53,305 bases of DNA, taken from positions 1-53,305 of the forward strand of contig DATAML010000048.1 of the NCBI GenBank assembly GCA_036260545.1, in the 5' to 3' direction. Each line of letters opens with the position of its first letter. The stretch's first letter is position 1. This DNA is from Caproiciproducens sp. Lineage in GTDB: Bacteria > Bacillota > Clostridia > Oscillospirales > Acutalibacteraceae. The position numbers and the translations under genes are program-made. Positions 44,188 through 52,758 of the stretch are shown here, one piece after another. Under the pieces are notes generated by a model that saw nothing but the letters and a program-made list of their open reading frames with translations, had not been told where the DNA came from and did no database searches.

Positions 44188-45072
44188 GGATCGAACACTG
44201 CACGCTTTGCCCGCGCCGCTGCGGCGCGCTGCGTGAAGAAACCACTGGGCACGGCTTCTGCGGTATGGGTGCAGACCCGGTCGTGGCGCGCGCCGCGCTT
44301 CATTTCTGGGAGGAACCGTGTATCAGCGGCACGCGCGGCTCCGGAACGGTCTTTTTTTACCGGGTGTTCGCTGAAATGCGTATTCTGCCAGAATTACCAA
44401 ATCAGCACCAAAAGGGAAGTCGGAAAACCCGTAAGCGTGGAGGAGCTTTCCGATATTTTTCAGCGCCTTGTCGAGCAGGGAGCCCATAATATCAATCTGG
44501 TCAATCCCACGCATTTTGCCCTTCCGATCGCGCAGGCTTTAAAACTCCGAAAGCTGCCGGTTCCGGTTGTGTATAATTCAGGGGGCTATGAAACGGTAGG
44601 AACCCTCAAAATGATGGAAGGACTTGTGGACATTTACCTTCCCGATTTTAAATACGCGGATAACGCACTTGCGAAAAAATATTCCGGCGCGGCGGATTAT
44701 ACGGAATCCGCGAAGGCTGCGATTACGGAAATGATTCGTCAGACCGGCGCGGCACAGTTTGACGCCGACGGCATCATGACGCGCGGAACCATCGTGCGCC
44801 ACCTGATTCTGCCGGGCAATACGCGCAATTCCATGGCAGCGATTGACTGGCTTTCCGGCAGCCTGCCGGAAGGCGTTCTGGTAAGTCTGATGGCACAGTA
44901 TGTTCCCTGCGGCAGGGCTGCGGAGTATCCGGAAATCAACCGAAAAATCACAAAGCGGGAATTTTTGAAGGTGCAGGATTCCCTGTTCCAGTCCGGTCTG
45001 GACGGATTTGTTCAGGAAATAAAATCCGCCAGCCAGAGCTACATACCGCCGTTTGATCTGGAGGGTATTTAA
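44184..45072 (+). pseudogene. Radical SAM protein (PflX/pyruvate-formate-lyase-activase-related), interrupted by a +1 frameshift in a T7 run (44352-44358)
   Basis: ORF 44184-44489 reads ...EEPCISGTRGSGTVFF. ORF 44233-45072, in the +1 frame, continues FFTGCSLKCVFCQNYQIS.... Deleting one T joins them and restores the CxxxCxxC cluster motif. An ATGA start/stop overlap with pgeF is present. Confidence 0.8.
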
Positions 45073-45199
45073 TATGGTTGTCCTTTTTCGCGGGAGAGCA
45101 GTATTAATCCGAATTGCCTTGACAAATTGGAATAAAAGGTTTAAACTGTAATCTGGTTTTAAAAACTATGTAACAAAATATTTAAAACGCGGTGATAGT

Positions 45200-45886
45200 A
45201 TGAAAAGATTAAAATCAGATCGGGCACAGTGGAGGGCGGAAAGGCGCCAGGAGCTTCTTCTGCCGTCGTATTCTCTGTCCGAAGAAATTATGAGCGCGAT
45301 TACGCACGGAATTGGCGTAGGGCTTGCCATTGCCGGATTGGTGGTTCTTCTGGTATTCTGCCGCCACGACCCGCTTACCGTGGTAACCGTTTCCATCTTT
45401 GGAGCCACCATGATCATGCTGTATCTGGTTTCCACGTTATATCACGCGCTCGGCGTGAATCAGGCCAAAAAGGTATTTCAGATATTGGATCACTGTACGA
45501 TCTTCTTGCTGATTGCCGGTACTTATACGCCGCTTTCCCTCCTGTGCTTCGGCGGGGTGACCGGCTGGGTGATGTTCGGCATCGTATGGGGTGTTGCGGT
45601 TCTCGGCATCGTATTGAATGCGGTGGATCTATACCGGTTCCGTAAGTTTTCCATGATCTGTTATATCGGCCTCGGCTGGTTTGTAATTTTCTTCTTTAAG
45701 CCTATGGTTGAGCGCATTGACCGTACCTCCATTCTGTTTCTTATCGTAGGCGGCGTAATATACACGGTGGGAGCCATTCTCTACGGAGTCGGAAAGAAAG
45801 TAAAGTATATCCACTCTGTATGGCATTTCTTTGTGATTGGCGGCACGATCTTTCATTACTTTGTCGTATTCCGCGTTGTGACCTGA
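45200..45886 (+). CDS. Hemolysin III / PAQR-family membrane protein
   Basis: Seven TM helices are present. Family motifs are ITHGIG, LYLVSTLYH, DHCTIFLLIAGTYTP and HFFVIGG. Confidence 0.9.
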   Translation: MKRLKSDRAQWRAERRQELLLPSYSLSEEIMSAITHGIGVGLAIAGLVVLLVFCRHDPLTVVTVSIFGATMIMLYLVSTLYHALGVNQAKKVFQILDHCTIFLLIAGTYTPLSLLCFGGVTGWVMFGIVWGVAVLGIVLNAVDLYRFRKFSMICYIGLGWFVIFFFKPMVERIDRTSILFLIVGGVIYTVGAILYGVGKKVKYIHSVWHFFVIGGTIFHYFVVFRVVT

Positions 45887-45963
45887 CAACGGCTGACATT
45901 GCAGTAGAATGAATTACCGGTAAATGTGTCAAACTGCGTCTGCGCGGCTTTGCCTCCGGTCGG

Positions 45964-46002
45964 AAGGGCAATGGGTTCACTTAAGAATCCATTGCCCTTT
46001 TT
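45964..46002 (+). terminator. Rho-independent terminator after the hemolysin III gene
   Basis: aagggcaatgg/ccattgccctt forms an 11-bp stem, followed by ttt. Confidence 0.75.
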
Positions 46003-46123
46003 GTTATATATTTTAATCAATTCCCATATATTTGAATAATCACTGTTTCAGGCTGCAGAACGCACGGCTGAGTGAAAATCGGCGGGCGGATCGGCCTGCT
46101 ATTCTTTGTATGGAGAATGGTCT

Positions 46124-46999
46124 ATGTTTGTTACGTTTCGCATCCATAAAGGCGTTTCCTTAACGGCAGTTGCCTTGGCGGCTGCCATAATCGTAACCTG
46201 CTGCGGCCTGGTAAGCCCGGCGAAGGCCACAGCGGTCAAAGTGCCGAACGGAGTAAAAGTCCCCATTATTATGTACCACAGTATCCTGAAGGAAAAAGCA
46301 CGTCAGGGAAAATATATTGTGTCGCCGGAAACGTTTGAAAGCGACGTCCAATATCTGTTAAATAATGGATACAAGCCCATCGTCATACAGGATTTGATTA
46401 ATTATGTGGAAAAAGACATTCCTCTGCCGCAGAAGCCGGTCATCCTGACCTTTGACGACGGATATTACAATAATTACTATTATGTTTATCCGATCGTAAA
46501 GAAATACAATATTAAAATTGTGATTTCGCCGATCGGCTATTACGCCGACCTGTTTACAAACGCGGATGACAGTCACCCGAATTATTCCCACTGCACATGG
46601 GATCAGATCAGCGAAATGATAAAATCCGGTCTTGTGGAAATCCAGAACCATACCTACGACCTTCATTCCAGAAAAGGCAGACGCGTGGGAACCACAAGAA
46701 TGAAATGGGAAAACAAAGCAACCTATACGGCAGTACTTACTGCGGACCTCGGAAAAATGCAGCAGGAGATAAAAGAAAAAACAGGTTACACCCCAACGGC
46801 GTTTGTTTATCCCTTTGGAGAAGTCTGCGGGGATTCGCTGTCGGTAATAAAAAATCTTGGTTTTAAGGCAAGTATGACCTGCCAGTACAAAATGAACTAT
46901 ATTACAAAGAACCCGGACTGCCTGTACTGTATGGGAAGGTATCTGCGTTCCTCCGGGATATCCAGCGAAAAGTATTTTGAGAAAATAGAAACCGGATAG
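46124..46999 (+). CDS. Polysaccharide deacetylase (NodB-domain) with N-terminal membrane anchor
   Basis: LTFDDGYYNNY is the NodB motif 1. Also present are HTYDLH and YPFGE. ATG at 46124 after GGAGAA. Confidence 0.85.
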   Translation: MFVTFRIHKGVSLTAVALAAAIIVTCCGLVSPAKATAVKVPNGVKVPIIMYHSILKEKARQGKYIVSPETFESDVQYLLNNGYKPIVIQDLINYVEKDIPLPQKPVILTFDDGYYNNYYYVYPIVKKYNIKIVISPIGYYADLFTNADDSHPNYSHCTWDQISEMIKSGLVEIQNHTYDLHSRKGRRVGTTRMKWENKATYTAVLTADLGKMQQEIKEKTGYTPTAFVYPFGEVCGDSLSVIKNLGFKASMTCQYKMNYITKNPDCLYCMGRYLRSSGISSEKYFEKIETG

Positions 47000-47126
47000 C
47001 CGTTCGCTGTCCGGCTTTTCAGACCGGTTAAACCGTATCAAAAAGAAAGCGGCATGAACCGGAACAGCTTAACGGTTTGCCGCAGGCCGGATAATAATAA
47101 ATGAAGAAGAAAGAGGAGTGAGCGTC

Positions 47127-47867
47127 ATGTCCACTATTTATCTGAACCCGTCCATTCAATCCCGATCCGATCCGGGCTCAGAGGAAGAACAGCATCTTTT
47201 GAATCAGATTGCGGACGCCATGGCACCGTTTCTGCGTGTCAATGGCATTAAATATGTGCGCAGCAAGTTCCGCAGCGCAGAAGCACAGGTGATTCGCGAA
47301 TCAAATTCGGAATATTATGACCTGCACCTTACGCTGCACCTGAACGCTTCACCCGTAAATTTAGCGGGCAGGCTTATGGGGACGGACATTTTTTACTTTA
47401 CGTATGGCAGCCGTGCAAAACGGGCGGCTGAAGTATTTGCGGATAATTTCAAGCTGATCTATCATAATCCCACGCTGGTAAAAGCCGTGCCGACTACACA
47501 AATCGCCGAAATAACAAAAACAAAAGCTCCGGCGATTTTAATGGAAATCGCCTATTATGACAATCGGGAGGACTTAGCATGGCTTGAGTCCAATATTGAC
47601 GCAATCGCGCTGAATCTGGTTGAATCCCTCACCCGGTATTTCGGCGTGCCGTTTATCGGCAGCCGAATGCCGGAAGAGCACGGAGTGGTGAAAACAGAGA
47701 GCGGCAGGATGAACCTGTACCGCCAGCCGGATGCCGGAATGGATATTCTTGCCAAGGTGCCTAATAACGCGCTGGTCGTCCTTGTCGGCAAGTGGAACGA
47801 CTGGTATGTTGCGGAATATAACGGGGTGATGGGTTACGCGCTTGCAAAGTACATAACTGTTAAATGA
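47127..47867 (+). CDS. Amidase_3-like N-acetylmuramoyl-L-alanine amidase with a C-terminal SH3b domain (no signal peptide)
   Basis: LHLTLHLNAS and ILMEIAYYDN match the amidase_3 His and Glu motifs. The C-terminal GVVKTESGRMNLYRQPDAGMDILAKVPNNALVVLVGKWNDWYVAEYNGVMGYA is SH3b-like. ATG at 47127 after AAGAGGAG. Confidence 0.8.
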   Translation: MSTIYLNPSIQSRSDPGSEEEQHLLNQIADAMAPFLRVNGIKYVRSKFRSAEAQVIRESNSEYYDLHLTLHLNASPVNLAGRLMGTDIFYFTYGSRAKRAAEVFADNFKLIYHNPTLVKAVPTTQIAEITKTKAPAILMEIAYYDNREDLAWLESNIDAIALNLVESLTRYFGVPFIGSRMPEEHGVVKTESGRMNLYRQPDAGMDILAKVPNNALVVLVGKWNDWYVAEYNGVMGYALAKYITVK

Positions 47868-48023
47868 ATAATTAGCCCAATAAAGCGATGGCTTTCGGCT
47901 TGCGCTGCTCCCGCATTAATGGTACAATAAACCTTGCAGATGTAGTACATTGTCATGTTTTCGCTAATTATTTGGAAAACACGGGATAAACGCGGGAAGC
48001 TTGTTCTTGCTCCACAAAAATTA

Positions 48024-48060
48024 CAGCTGCGTCAGTATATCCGCTGATGCAGCTGCTTTT
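48024..48060. terminator. Bidirectional stem-loop between the amidase gene and the convergent small gene
   Basis: agctgcgtcag/ctgatgcagct forms an 11-bp stem with one G-U pair. tttttt follows on the plus strand, and an A-run lies upstream for the minus strand. Confidence 0.6.
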
Positions 48061-48120
48061 TTATAGCTCTCTCCGGCCGTACACGGTAAACCGGGGAGGG
48101 GGCGGGGAACGCAGACAAAT

Positions 48121-48369
48121 CTACGACCTGCAATTTTTATTCTTATTATTTTTGTTGCTATTGTTGTTGCTATTGTTGTTGCTATTACAGTTGTTGCTAT
48201 TATCAGAATTACCGCTTGCCTCGGCAGCGGCAATCAGGCTCAACTGATCCCCGATCACCGTAAAAAGTGCGCCCAGAATGTTTGTTTCATCCGCATTCAG
48301 CCCGTTGGCAATCTGAATAGCGATCGCCGTACCGAATGCGGCCAGTTTTTCTCCGCAGCATTTATTCAT
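48121..48369 (-). CDS. Small hypothetical protein with a C-terminal Asn/Ser repeat tail
   Basis: A strong RBS (AAGGAG, then 8 nt, then ATG) is present. The N-terminal 50 aa are amphipathic and Ala/Ile-rich (LAAFGTAIAIQIANGLNADETNILGALFTVIGDQLSLIAAAEA). The tail is SGNSDNSNNCNSNNNSNNNSNKNNKNKNCRS. Confidence 0.6.
   Translation of the reverse strand: MNKCCGEKLAAFGTAIAIQIANGLNADETNILGALFTVIGDQLSLIAAAEASGNSDNSNNCNSNNNSNNNSNKNNKNKNCRS
48154..48204. repeat. In-frame 12-nt tandem repeat (about 4 units) encoding the Asn/Ser tail
   Basis: GTTGCTATTGTT occurs at 48154-48165 and 48166-48177. Degenerate units GTTGCTATTACA (48178-48189) and GTTGTTGCTATTATC (48190-48204) follow. Confidence 0.8.
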
Positions 48370-48535
48370 AACAGGTACTCCTTGTCATATGGTTTCCTTC
48401 CGTCCGTTTCCGGCTGGTTATATGGAACCGACTGCACTTAAACAGATAATGATCTTTCAAAACAATCGTCTTCTTTAGTCAAATATAATATATCATACGC
48501 GCCTCTTACTTATTTTGCCAAAACCGCAGCAGTGA

Positions 48536-49408
48536 ATGATTCCAGAAATATGTAAAATAATATACAGCAGAGACAGAACGTTTTCCTCAGGTGGTGAGAC
48601 AGTGGATCAGCGCAAAAAAGATATAAAAGAGATTCTTTCCGGGTTTGCCGTGGTACTGGCGGAGCTTGGACTTATGGTTGCCGCTACGTTCCTATTTGTT
48701 TCCGCGTTCAATTATGTGGATGCAAAGCGCACGGAAAAGCCTGCTCCTCAAAGCGCTGCGGTTTCTGCCGAGGCGCCTGCCGAATCCTCCGCGCAGGCTG
48801 CTGCGGCGAATGCCCCGCAGGCACAGCCAGCTTCCAGACTCAGCGACTGGCAGCTCGTGCTGGTGAACTACGACAATAAAATGCCGGACAATTTCCTGCA
48901 TACGATCGTGAATCAGTTCAACGTAGACCTTGATTCCAGAATTGCTGTGCCGTTCCAGAAAATGCGCGACGCCGCGCAGAAAGACAATATAAAGATTTGG
49001 ATTTCCTCTGGCTACCGCAGCCCGGAAAAACAGGAAACCCTGTTCAATCAGGAAATTCAGGCTTATTACAGTGAGGGAATGGATTATATCACAGCGGTAA
49101 GCAAGGCGGAAAAATCCGTTGCCCGCGCCGGATACAGCGAGCACAACACCGGCCTTGCCCTTGACCTGAACGGAGTTCTTGAAAATTTTGACTCCACACC
49201 GGAGTCCAAGTGGCTGCAGGCGCACGCACAGGATTACGGATTTGTGCTGCGCTATCCAAGGGACAAGCAGGAGCTAACCAAAATTAAATACGAGCCCTGG
49301 CATTACCGGTATGTCGGCATTGAAAATGCAAAAGAAATGAAGAAGAGAGGGATGTGTTTGGAAGAATATATAAACTATCTAAAAGAAAATGAATCGGCGG
49401 ATAATTGA
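48536..49408 (+). CDS. VanY-type D-alanyl-D-alanine carboxypeptidase (peptidase M15B), membrane anchored
   Basis: SGYRSPEKQETLF, YSEHNTGLALDL and EPWHYRYVG are zinc D,D-peptidase motifs. An N-terminal TM helix is present. The true start may be the GTG at 48602, after AGGTGG. Confidence 0.85.
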   Translation: MIPEICKIIYSRDRTFSSGGETVDQRKKDIKEILSGFAVVLAELGLMVAATFLFVSAFNYVDAKRTEKPAPQSAAVSAEAPAESSAQAAAANAPQAQPASRLSDWQLVLVNYDNKMPDNFLHTIVNQFNVDLDSRIAVPFQKMRDAAQKDNIKIWISSGYRSPEKQETLFNQEIQAYYSEGMDYITAVSKAEKSVARAGYSEHNTGLALDLNGVLENFDSTPESKWLQAHAQDYGFVLRYPRDKQELTKIKYEPWHYRYVGIENAKEMKKRGMCLEEYINYLKENESADN

Positions 49409-49476
49409 ATATTGTCCGCCGATTTGGTATAATGATAAAATTAGTTGATTTATCCAAATTTGAGAGGGGCATAACC

Positions 49477-50946
49477 ATGTCGGAGAAAAACGTCAGAACA
49501 AGGTTTGCGCCAAGTCCCACAGGCTTTATGCATGTAGGCAACCTGCGCACGGCTTTGTATGAGTATTTGATTGCAAAATCACTGGGCGGCACATTTGTGC
49601 TGCGCATTGAAGATACGGACCAGGAAAGACTGGTTCAGGGCGCTGTCGATATCATCTACAACACGTTGGAACAGGTCGGCCTGAAGCATGACGAAGGCCC
49701 GGATGTCGGGGGAGAGTTCGGCCCGTATGTACAGAGCGAACGGAAGGATATCTATCTGCCCTACGCTGAGCAGCTTGTCCGGGAAGGAAAAGCCTATTAC
49801 TGTTTCTGCACCAAGGAACGTTTGGATTCCCTGCATGCCGCGAAAGACGACGGGGAATTTTCCGGCGGATACGACCGCCACTGCCGCGACCTGCCGAAAG
49901 AAGAGGTCGAGCGGCTTCTTTCCGTTCATACGCCGTATGTCATCCGCCAGCGTATGCCGATTGAGGGCTCCACAACCTTTGACGACGCGGTCTACGGCTC
50001 CATTACAATCGAAAACAAGGAACTGGAAGATCAGGTGTTAATCAAATCGGACGGCTACCCGACCTATAACTTTGCCAACGTGATCGACGACCATCTCATG
50101 CAGATTACCCATGTGGTGCGGGGCTGCGAATATCTGACCTCCACGCCGAAGTACAATCTGCTTTACGAGGCATTTGGGTGGGAAATCCCGACCTATGTGC
50201 ATCTGCCGCTGATTATGGGCAAAAACGAGGACGGCAGCGTTTCCAAGCTTTCTAAGCGCCACGGCTCCACCGGCTTTGCCGATCTCATCAAGGAAGGCTA
50301 CCTTCCGGAGACCATCGTGAATTACATAGCGCTTCTGGGATGGTGCCCGAAGGAAAACCGCGAGCTGTTCACGCTGCCTGAGCTGGTTAAGAATTTTTCG
50401 ATTGACGGAATCAGCAAGTCGCCGGCTGTTTTTGATTACGACAAGCTTACCTGGTTTAACGGAGAATATATCCGTTCCATGCCGGAGGAGCAGTTTGTTG
50501 CGGACTCTATGCCGTATTTCAAAGAAGTATTCCCGGAGCAGGAAAAGAACTGGCACGTGCTCGCTTCCATCCTGCAGCCCCGGGTGACAAAGTTTATACA
50601 GATACCGGAAATGATCGCTTTCCTGAAGAATTTGCCGGATTACCCGGCGGATTTCTTTGTGAATAAAAAGAGTAAAACGAACCTTGAGAATTCGGCCGTC
50701 ATGCTGGAGGAAGCCATCGGTGTGCTGGAAAATACCGATGACTGGTCGGTTGAAAATCTCCACGACAGGTTGATGGAGCTTGCCCAGAAGCTTGAGGTGA
50801 AAAACGGGACCCTGCTCTGGCCGGTGCGTATTGCGGCGGCAGGCATGCAGGTTACGCCGGGCGGCGCCATGGAGATTCTGGCGATTCTCGGCAAAGAGGA
50901 GTCTCTGCGGCGGCTTCACATCGGTTTGGACAAATTAAAGGCGTGA
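49477..50946 (+). CDS. gltX: Glutamate--tRNA ligase
   Basis: RTRFAPSPTGFMHVGNLRTAL is the HIGH region, and KLSKRHG is the KMSKS region. ATG at 49477 after GAGAGGGG. Confidence 0.95.
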   Translation: MSEKNVRTRFAPSPTGFMHVGNLRTALYEYLIAKSLGGTFVLRIEDTDQERLVQGAVDIIYNTLEQVGLKHDEGPDVGGEFGPYVQSERKDIYLPYAEQLVREGKAYYCFCTKERLDSLHAAKDDGEFSGGYDRHCRDLPKEEVERLLSVHTPYVIRQRMPIEGSTTFDDAVYGSITIENKELEDQVLIKSDGYPTYNFANVIDDHLMQITHVVRGCEYLTSTPKYNLLYEAFGWEIPTYVHLPLIMGKNEDGSVSKLSKRHGSTGFADLIKEGYLPETIVNYIALLGWCPKENRELFTLPELVKNFSIDGISKSPAVFDYDKLTWFNGEYIRSMPEEQFVADSMPYFKEVFPEQEKNWHVLASILQPRVTKFIQIPEMIAFLKNLPDYPADFFVNKKSKTNLENSAVMLEEAIGVLENTDDWSVENLHDRLMELAQKLEVKNGTLLWPVRIAAAGMQVTPGGAMEILAILGKEESLRRLHIGLDKLKA

Positions 50947-50958
50947 GGAGCGGAAAAG

Positions 50959-52644
50959 ATGAGTGACGAAATAACAGCGGCGGAAGAAGCGTCGGCTTCC
51001 GGTAATTTTATTGATTCCTTTATTGAGGAGGATATTGCTCCGGGCGGACGTTTTGAGGGGGAAAAGGTGCATACGCGCTTTCCGCCCGAACCGAACGGCT
51101 ATCTGCATATCGGCCATGCCAAGGCAATCTGCATCGATTTCGGAACCGCGGAAAAATTCGGCGGTATCGCCAATCTGCGCATGGACGACACGAACCCGAC
51201 CAAGGAAGATACCGAATACGTTGACGCGATTCAGGAAGATATCAAGTGGCTGGGCTTTACATGGGACGATCGGTTTTATTACGCTTCCGACTATTTCCCG
51301 AAGATGTACGAATTTGCGGAAAATCTGATTCAACAGGGGCTTGCCTATGTGTGCGAACTGGACCCCGAGCAGATGAAAGAAAACCGGGGAGATTTGACCA
51401 GACCGGCGGTCAGCCCTTATCGGGACAGGCCGGTCGAGGAGAGCCTTGATCTGTTCCGCCGCATGAAAAACGGAGAGTTTGAAGACGGTAAAATGACGCT
51501 GCGCGCGAAAATCGATCTGGCTTCCGGCAACTTCAATCTGCGTGACCCCGTTATTTACCGCATCAACCATATGACGCACCATCGCACGGGGGAAACATGG
51601 TGCATTTATCCTATGTACGACTATGCGCACCCCATCGAGGACGCGCTGGAGGGAATCACCCATTCGCTCTGCTCACTGGAATTCGAAGACCACAGGCCGC
51701 TTTACGACTGGGTCATCAACCATATCAACCTGCCGGCCAAGCCGCGGCAGATCGAGTTTGCGCGTCTTGGGATCAACAATACGGTGATGAGCAAGCGTAA
51801 GCTCAGAACGCTTGTGGAAAACAATTATGTCAGCGGCTGGGATGACCCCCGCATGCCCACGCTCTGCGGTCTGCGCCGCAGGGGCTATACTCCGGCGTCC
51901 ATCCGCAATTTCTGTGAGCGCATCGGTGTGGCAAAGGTCAACAGCACCGTGGAATACAGCTTCTTGGAGCACTGCCTGCGTGAGGACTTGAACCTCAACG
52001 CCGAGCGCACCATGGCGGTTCTGGAGCCGGTCAAGCTGATACTGACCAATTATCCCGAAAACAAAACCGAGGATTTCGAAGTGGAAAACAATCCGGAGCG
52101 TCCGGAGCAGGGAACAAGAACCGTGTCGTTCTCCCGCGAGCTCTGGATCGAAAAGGAAGACTTCATGGAAGAACCGGTGAAGGGCTACTTCCGTCTTTTC
52201 CCGGGTAATGAGGTTCGCCTGAAAACCTCCTATATCATCCGCTGCACCGGCTGCAAAAAGGACAATAACGGCAATGTGACCGAGGTTTATGCGGAATACG
52301 ATCCCGCTACGCGCGGAGGAAACACGCCGGACGGCAGAAAGATAAAGGGCACCATCCACTGGACGGATGCCAAAACCGCGGCGGATGCCGAAGTCCGGCT
52401 GTATGACAGCCTGTTTACCGTACCCGACCCGGAGGCGGGCGATTTTCTGGAGGAGCTCAACCCGGACTCCCTCAAGGTGTTAACCGGCTGCAAGGTGGAA
52501 CCGGCGCTTGTGAACGCGGATTCCTCCAAGTCCTTCCAGTTTATGCGTCAGGGCTATTTCTGCATGGATAACCGCGACAGCACCCCGGAGCATCCGGTGT
52601 TTAACCGCTCCGTTTCCCTAAAGGACGGCTTTAAAAAGAAATAA
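50959..52644 (+). CDS. glnS: Glutamine--tRNA ligase
   Basis: HTRFPPEPNGYLHIGHAKA is the HIGH region, and VMSKRKL is the KMSKS region. The C-terminal anticodon-binding beta-barrels are present. It starts 12 nt after gltX. Confidence 0.95.
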   Translation: MSDEITAAEEASASGNFIDSFIEEDIAPGGRFEGEKVHTRFPPEPNGYLHIGHAKAICIDFGTAEKFGGIANLRMDDTNPTKEDTEYVDAIQEDIKWLGFTWDDRFYYASDYFPKMYEFAENLIQQGLAYVCELDPEQMKENRGDLTRPAVSPYRDRPVEESLDLFRRMKNGEFEDGKMTLRAKIDLASGNFNLRDPVIYRINHMTHHRTGETWCIYPMYDYAHPIEDALEGITHSLCSLEFEDHRPLYDWVINHINLPAKPRQIEFARLGINNTVMSKRKLRTLVENNYVSGWDDPRMPTLCGLRRRGYTPASIRNFCERIGVAKVNSTVEYSFLEHCLREDLNLNAERTMAVLEPVKLILTNYPENKTEDFEVENNPERPEQGTRTVSFSRELWIEKEDFMEEPVKGYFRLFPGNEVRLKTSYIIRCTGCKKDNNGNVTEVYAEYDPATRGGNTPDGRKIKGTIHWTDAKTAADAEVRLYDSLFTVPDPEAGDFLEELNPDSLKVLTGCKVEPALVNADSSKSFQFMRQGYFCMDNRDSTPEHPVFNRSVSLKDGFKKK

Positions 52645-52659
52645 CAACCGATAAAACAA

Positions 52660-52692
52660 CAAGCTCACTGCCCGATAAAAGCAGTGAGCTTG
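52660..52692. terminator. Terminator between convergent glnS and birA
   Basis: caagctcactgc-ccgataaaa-gcagtgagcttg forms a 12-bp stem, followed by attttgttt. Confidence 0.75.
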
Positions 52693-52758
52693 ATTTTGTT
52701 TAAAGCAGTTACAGGGGGACAGGTGGCTTATGTGTAAAGTGTAACGCCTTTCCGGATA

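Noticed and set aside
46003-46123. A possible riboswitch (c-di-AMP/ydaO, c-di-GMP-II or guanidine) in the GC-rich 5' region of the deacetylase gene (caggctgcagaacgcacggctgagtgaaaatcggcgggcggatcggcctg).
   Set aside because: A caggc/gcctg closing stem is possible. None of the conserved cores I can recall for those classes is present, so the evidence is insufficient without a covariance-model scan.
47127-47867. The amidase-SH3b protein without a signal peptide, considered as a prophage endolysin.
   Set aside because: No holin-like small TM ORF, portal, terminase, tail or integrase genes occur anywhere in the window. The neighbours are housekeeping cell-wall enzymes.
47868-47973. A long-range inverted repeat, ATAATTAGC (47868-47876) ... 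GCTAATTAT (about 47965-47973), in the 3' region after the amidase gene, considered as a possible sRNA or element boundary.
   Set aside because: The arms are only 9 bp and AT-rich, separated by about 90 nt with no supporting internal structure, promoter or repeat copies. This is compatible with chance.
48047-48247. The plus-strand ORF encoding a poly-Leu stretch (LLLLLLLLLLLLLLQLLLL), and the idea that the short tandem repeats might be a CRISPR-like or regulatory array.
   Set aside because: It is the reverse complement of the in-frame Asn/Ser-coding 12-nt repeat of the minus-strand gene, which has the RBS and terminator. The units are contiguous with no spacers, so this is a coding microsatellite and not a CRISPR array.
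49409-49476. A T-box leader upstream of gltX/glnS.
   Set aside because: Only 68 nt separate the VanY stop from the gltX ATG. That is far too short for a T-box, and no specifier or T-box sequence is visible.
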